Shown here piece after piece: positions 59,978 to 64,000 of a stretch of DNA of 64,000 bases. The position numbers and the translations under genes were made by a program. Source of the stretch: a bacterium (GTDB lineage: Bacteria; Cyanobacteriota; Vampirovibrionia; Gastranaerophilales; JBAXKC01); contig JBAXKC010000001.1 in assembly GCA_037137535.1 (NCBI GenBank), positions 280,584-344,583 of the forward strand, written 5' to 3'. The notes beneath the pieces are model-generated. The model had not been told where the DNA came from, did no database searches, and worked only from the letters and a program-made list of their open reading frames with translations. Position 1 is the stretch's first letter. Each line of letters opens with the position of its first letter.

Positions 59978-60619
59978 ATGACAACTCAGACCGAAAATAA
60001 ACTGGTATATTTTTTAGGAAACACAATGTACATAAACGTAACAAATTTATGCTCAAATCGCTGTGTTTTCTGCATAAGAGGAGTTAGCGACACAGTTGCG
60101 GGGACTAACTTATGGCTTGACGGCGAAAATGTTACCGCTGAACAAATTATCGAACAACTTGACAAAAATGAACCTCAAAAAAGAGATGAGATCGTCTTTT
60201 GTGGCTATGGAGAGCCATTAATTAAGATTGACATAATTAAAACAGTTGCATCTCATATAAAAGAAAAATATCCGAATGTGCCTGTAAGAGTAAACACAAA
60301 CGGACACGCAAACTTAATCCATAAAAGAAATGTTGTTTCAGAGCTTATCGGTTTGATTGACCGAGTTTCAATAAGTTTAAACGGTGAAAATGCCGATAAA
60401 TATGACGAAATTTCTCAATGCAAATTTGATAAAAACATAGCTTATGAAGAAGTAAAAAACTTTATTTCTGAGTGTGCTAAAAATGGAATAGCAACAACCG
60501 CAACCGTTGTATCAGGTTATAAACACTATAATGTAGACCTTTCTGCGTGCAAAGAAATCGCTGAAAGTCTCGGAGCAAAATTCAAAATAAGAGAATGGCT
60601 TGAGGAGGGTTATCAATAA
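59978..60619 (+). CDS. TatD-associated radical SAM protein
   Basis: YINVTNLCSNRCVFCIR (CxxxCxxC), EIVFCGYGEP, RVNTNG. Confidence 0.9.
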   Translation: MTTQTENKLVYFLGNTMYINVTNLCSNRCVFCIRGVSDTVAGTNLWLDGENVTAEQIIEQLDKNEPQKRDEIVFCGYGEPLIKIDIIKTVASHIKEKYPNVPVRVNTNGHANLIHKRNVVSELIGLIDRVSISLNGENADKYDEISQCKFDKNIAYEEVKNFISECAKNGIATTATVVSGYKHYNVDLSACKEIAESLGAKFKIREWLEEGYQ

Positions 60620-60732
60620 CTCTCCATTTTTTCGCTTTACACTATATTTCAATCGTATTTTAATATTCATATAGAAACAAAGAAATCGTTCGTACATACA
60701 TTCGTGTAACTTAAACAAAAGGTAGGAAGAAT

Positions 60733-62892
60733 ATGTCAAAACAACTTGATGCCATTATGAAACCTAAAGCAGTAGCTGTTATTGGTGCTTCAACAAAAGC
60801 AAAAACCATCGGCAGTGAGATCATGATTAAGCTTGTAGATTACAAATTTAACGGTGAAATTTATCCAATCAACCCTAAAGCTGATACAGTAAACGGGTTA
60901 AAAGCATATAAAAGTATCCTCGATGTTCCAGGAAATGTTGATCTTGCAGTTATCGTTGTCGCTAAAGACTTCGTAATGAGCGTAATCGATCAATGTGCTC
61001 AAAAAGGAATCAAAGGAGTTGTTATTATCTCCGCTGGATTTAAAGAAACAGGCGACGAAGGTTTAGCTCTTGAAGAAGCTCTTCTTGCTAAATTAAAAGA
61101 AAATGACATGAGAGCAGTTGGACCAAACTGTCTTGGAGTTATCAACACAAATGAAAACATCAGATTAGATGCTACATTTGCTGAAGAACTTCCTGTTGCA
61201 GGAAAAGTTGCTTTCGTTTCACAATCAGGCGCTTTAGGCGGCGGTATCTTAAACATTCTTAAAGACTTAGGAGTTGGATTCAGCCAATTTATCTCTATCG
61301 GTAACCAAGCTGATATTAACGCTGAAACAATGCTTGAATACTGGGAAAACGATGCTGATGTAAATCAAATTCTTCTTTACATGGAATCAATCGCTAATCC
61401 TGCAAACTTCAGAGAGTTAACAAGCAGAATTACAAAGAAAAAACCTGTTATTGCTCTTAAATCAGGCAGATCCGCTCAAGGTGCAAGCGCTGCTTCTTCA
61501 CACACAGGTTCATTAGCCGGTGCTGACGTTGCTGCTGCTGCTTTATTACAACAAAGTGGTGTTATCAGAGCTAATTCACTTCTTGAAATGTTTGAAATTT
61601 CAAAAGTGTTTGAAACCTGCCCAATGCCAAAAGGCAACAGAGTTGCTATTATGACAAACTCAGGTGGTCCTGGAATTATGGCCACTGATGCTTTAGTTGA
61701 ATACGGTTTAGAAATAGCTGATCTTAAAGCTGAAACAACCGAAACATTAAAAAGTTTCTTACCATCAGCAGCAAGCGTTAAAAACCCTGTTGATATGATT
61801 GCTAGTGCTCCTATCGAACACTACAAGAAAACCTTAGAAACACTTCTTCTTGATGAGAATGTTGATATGGTTATGGCTATTTACCTTCCATTTATGGGAG
61901 TTCAGCCAATGGACGCTGCTAAAGCTCTTATGGAAATTAAAGCAGCTCATCCTGAAAAACCTGTTGTAGCTGTATTTATGGCGAAACAAGAATTCTTCGC
62001 TGCTATAAGTGACGTTGAAACAAATATGCCATTCTACATGTTTGCTGAGCCTGCTGCTTATGCAATGTCAAAACTTGAAGAGCAAAGAAAATGGTTAGCA
62101 AGACCGGTTAGTGCTTGCCCTACTTTTGAAGTTGATTCAGCAAAAGCTAAACAAATCATTAAAGCTGCTCTTAAAGAAGGTAGAGATCAACTTACAACTC
62201 TTGAATCCATTGACGTTCTTGAAGCTTATGGAATCAGAAGTTGCAGATATGGTTTCGCTAACAGCGTAGATGAAGCTGCTAAAGCTGCTACCGAAATCGG
62301 ATATCCTGTTGTAATGAAAATTACTTCACCAAGAATTTCACACAAAACTGAAGTTGGCGGAGTTATCGTTGGAATTCAAAACGAAGCTGACCTTAGACAA
62401 GAATATGCAGACTTATTTGAAAGATTAATCTCAAAAGGCTTCGGTAAAGAAGACCTTGACGGTGTTATCATTCAAGAAATGGTAAAAGGAAGCAGAGAAT
62501 TAGTTTGCGGTATCGCAAAAGATCCACAATACGGACACTTAATGATGTTCGGTCTTGGCGGTATCTATGTAGAAACCATTAAAGACGTAGCTTTCAAAGT
62601 TGCTCCTTTAAGCGAAATTGATGCTCAAGAACTTATGGAATCAGTTAAAGCTTATGAAATTCTTGAAGGTGCTAGAGGCGCTGAAGAAGCTAACATTCCA
62701 CAAATCAGAGAAACTCTTCTCAGATTATCACAACTTGTTAGCGACTTTGATTTCATCGAAGAACTTGATATCAACCCGATTAAAGTTTCCGATAAAACTC
62801 AAGAAGGTATCGCTGTTGACGGACGTATCAGAATTGATATGGAAAAAGCAAAAGCAGAACTTTCATGCGGATGTGCTTGCGGCTGTAAATAA
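60733..62892 (+). CDS. ADP-forming acetate-CoA ligase (fused alpha/beta)
   Basis: GPNCLG, SQSGA, ASSHTGSLAG, HKTEVGGV, GLGGIYVE, ELDINP. Confidence 0.94.
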   Translation: MSKQLDAIMKPKAVAVIGASTKAKTIGSEIMIKLVDYKFNGEIYPINPKADTVNGLKAYKSILDVPGNVDLAVIVVAKDFVMSVIDQCAQKGIKGVVIISAGFKETGDEGLALEEALLAKLKENDMRAVGPNCLGVINTNENIRLDATFAEELPVAGKVAFVSQSGALGGGILNILKDLGVGFSQFISIGNQADINAETMLEYWENDADVNQILLYMESIANPANFRELTSRITKKKPVIALKSGRSAQGASAASSHTGSLAGADVAAAALLQQSGVIRANSLLEMFEISKVFETCPMPKGNRVAIMTNSGGPGIMATDALVEYGLEIADLKAETTETLKSFLPSAASVKNPVDMIASAPIEHYKKTLETLLLDENVDMVMAIYLPFMGVQPMDAAKALMEIKAAHPEKPVVAVFMAKQEFFAAISDVETNMPFYMFAEPAAYAMSKLEEQRKWLARPVSACPTFEVDSAKAKQIIKAALKEGRDQLTTLESIDVLEAYGIRSCRYGFANSVDEAAKAATEIGYPVVMKITSPRISHKTEVGGVIVGIQNEADLRQEYADLFERLISKGFGKEDLDGVIIQEMVKGSRELVCGIAKDPQYGHLMMFGLGGIYVETIKDVAFKVAPLSEIDAQELMESVKAYEILEGARGAEEANIPQIRETLLRLSQLVSDFDFIEELDINPIKVSDKTQEGIAVDGRIRIDMEKAKAELSCGCACGCK

Positions 62893-62918
62893 GCTGTAAA
62901 AACATTCCATAAATTTTC

Positions 62919-62951
62919 AAAAAGCCGATAATTAATTTTATCGGCTTTTTT
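62919..62951 (+). terminator. Rho-independent terminator
   Basis: aaaaagccgataa..ttatcggctttttt. Confidence 0.85.
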
Positions 62952-63417
62952 GTGTTTAGTTTATAGCTAAAGAGTATTAGGATGAGTTTAACTCCATACA
63001 AAATCTTATAAGGTTCTTTAATCAGACTTACGAAAGGTACAAATAGCGTAAGCGTTTCAGGCACAGCAAATTGTTGGCAAGGACATAAAATCAGGTGGTG
63101 TGACTACTACAGGCAGTAGAACTTGGACAGATGTTAATATCCTTACGTAGAAGTACATGCTGTATTAGGAGAAGAAGAAAAATTACTTGGAATTAAAGAA
63201 GCAAAGATGGAAGTAAGAAAAGAGTTCTATAAGCTTTTAAGATAGCTGAATTTTCAGTATTACTTAAAAACGCTATAGATAATGATATTCTAACTATACA
63301 TGATATAATAAATGCGATTAGACTTAAAAAAATAGCCAATAGGGTAATAGGTTAAGTAAATTTTTTAACAAATATTACTTTATATAAATAAGAGAAAGTT
63401 AGTATAAGGAAATTCAA

Positions 63418-63867
63418 GTGATTACTTCAAATAAAGTCAATAATATTTCTTATAAAGCCATACAAAAACCACAAATTACGACTAAAGTGCAATATCAACC
63501 ATTAACAGCTAAAGAAACAACAAATGCCTCATTGACTGGATTAGGAATAGGAACTGTTATTGGAGCAGGAATAGGATTACTAAAAAAAATAACGCATCTC
63601 AAAACCTTTGATAGAGCTTCTAGTCAAATTATGGAATATTTGATGACATATCCTGAAACTGTTAACTTAAAAGGATATAGAATAGATATTATAGGAGAGG
63701 TTTTATCAAAGAAAAGAAATGTTGCAAGACAGACTTTCTCTAATCAAATTTTAAACTGGAAAGTAGCTGAAGCTGCGGTTATAGGTGGAGCTATTGGAAC
63801 AATGGCTAGTGTACTTATTGCAAATATAAAGAAAAAAAGCAAAGCAGAATCTGAAACGGCAAATTAA
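63418..63867 (+). CDS. Hypothetical protein with two glycine-zipper-like hydrophobic segments
   Basis: GTG start with AAGGA SD; GLGIGTVIGAGIG and AAVIGGAIG. Confidence 0.65.
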   Translation: MITSNKVNNISYKAIQKPQITTKVQYQPLTAKETTNASLTGLGIGTVIGAGIGLLKKITHLKTFDRASSQIMEYLMTYPETVNLKGYRIDIIGEVLSKKRNVARQTFSNQILNWKVAEAAVIGGAIGTMASVLIANIKKKSKAESETAN

Positions 63868-64000
63868 AATAAAACAACTTTTTATAGCTAGTTATGAGTG
63901 CGCAATATTTGCCAGTGTAAACCTTAAAAAACATTCTAATATATGACAGGAGTTACGCAAAGTACCTGAAAAGTATAAAAAATAAACATCCTGATTTTTC

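Overview
AT-rich bacterial chromosomal segment with no rRNA, CRISPR array, intact transposase or prophage. The gene mix (TolC/T1SS, ArnT-type glycosylation, Firmicutes-style FliY/MotAB/CheBR, SigF-like sigma factor, fermentative ADP-forming acetate-CoA ligase, tRNAs without encoded CCA) suggests a motile, diderm, non-photosynthetic cyanobacterial relative (Melainabacteria/Vampirovibrionia-like); this is inference only. Most of 17-63 kb is housekeeping: tex, T1SS, pilD, sigma factors, amtB-glnK, a two-component system, recQ, glycosyltransferases, chemotaxis/flagellar motor genes, metF, arcC, trpDG, coaE, ribD and acetate-CoA ligase. The standout is a three-gene operon at 3040-5864. Each paralog fuses a type IV prepilin N-terminus (basic leader, G|L-x-x-x-E5, hydrophobic helix, Pro22) to a phage tail-collar domain and a needle-like segment with six in-register HxH motifs and a variable tip. 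These look like phage tail fibres domesticated as pilus subunits, with no phage genes nearby. The operon is flanked by a divergent orphan gene with a putative beta-barrel C-terminus and by an lgmABC/naxD-like amino-sugar modification cluster. Other observations: a shared GCAA-N15-T(G/A)TTTT motif upstream of orphan genes, an eroding islet beside tRNA-Arg with REP-like palindromes and two gene remnants, and a structured 5' leader on a zinc-ribbon gene.
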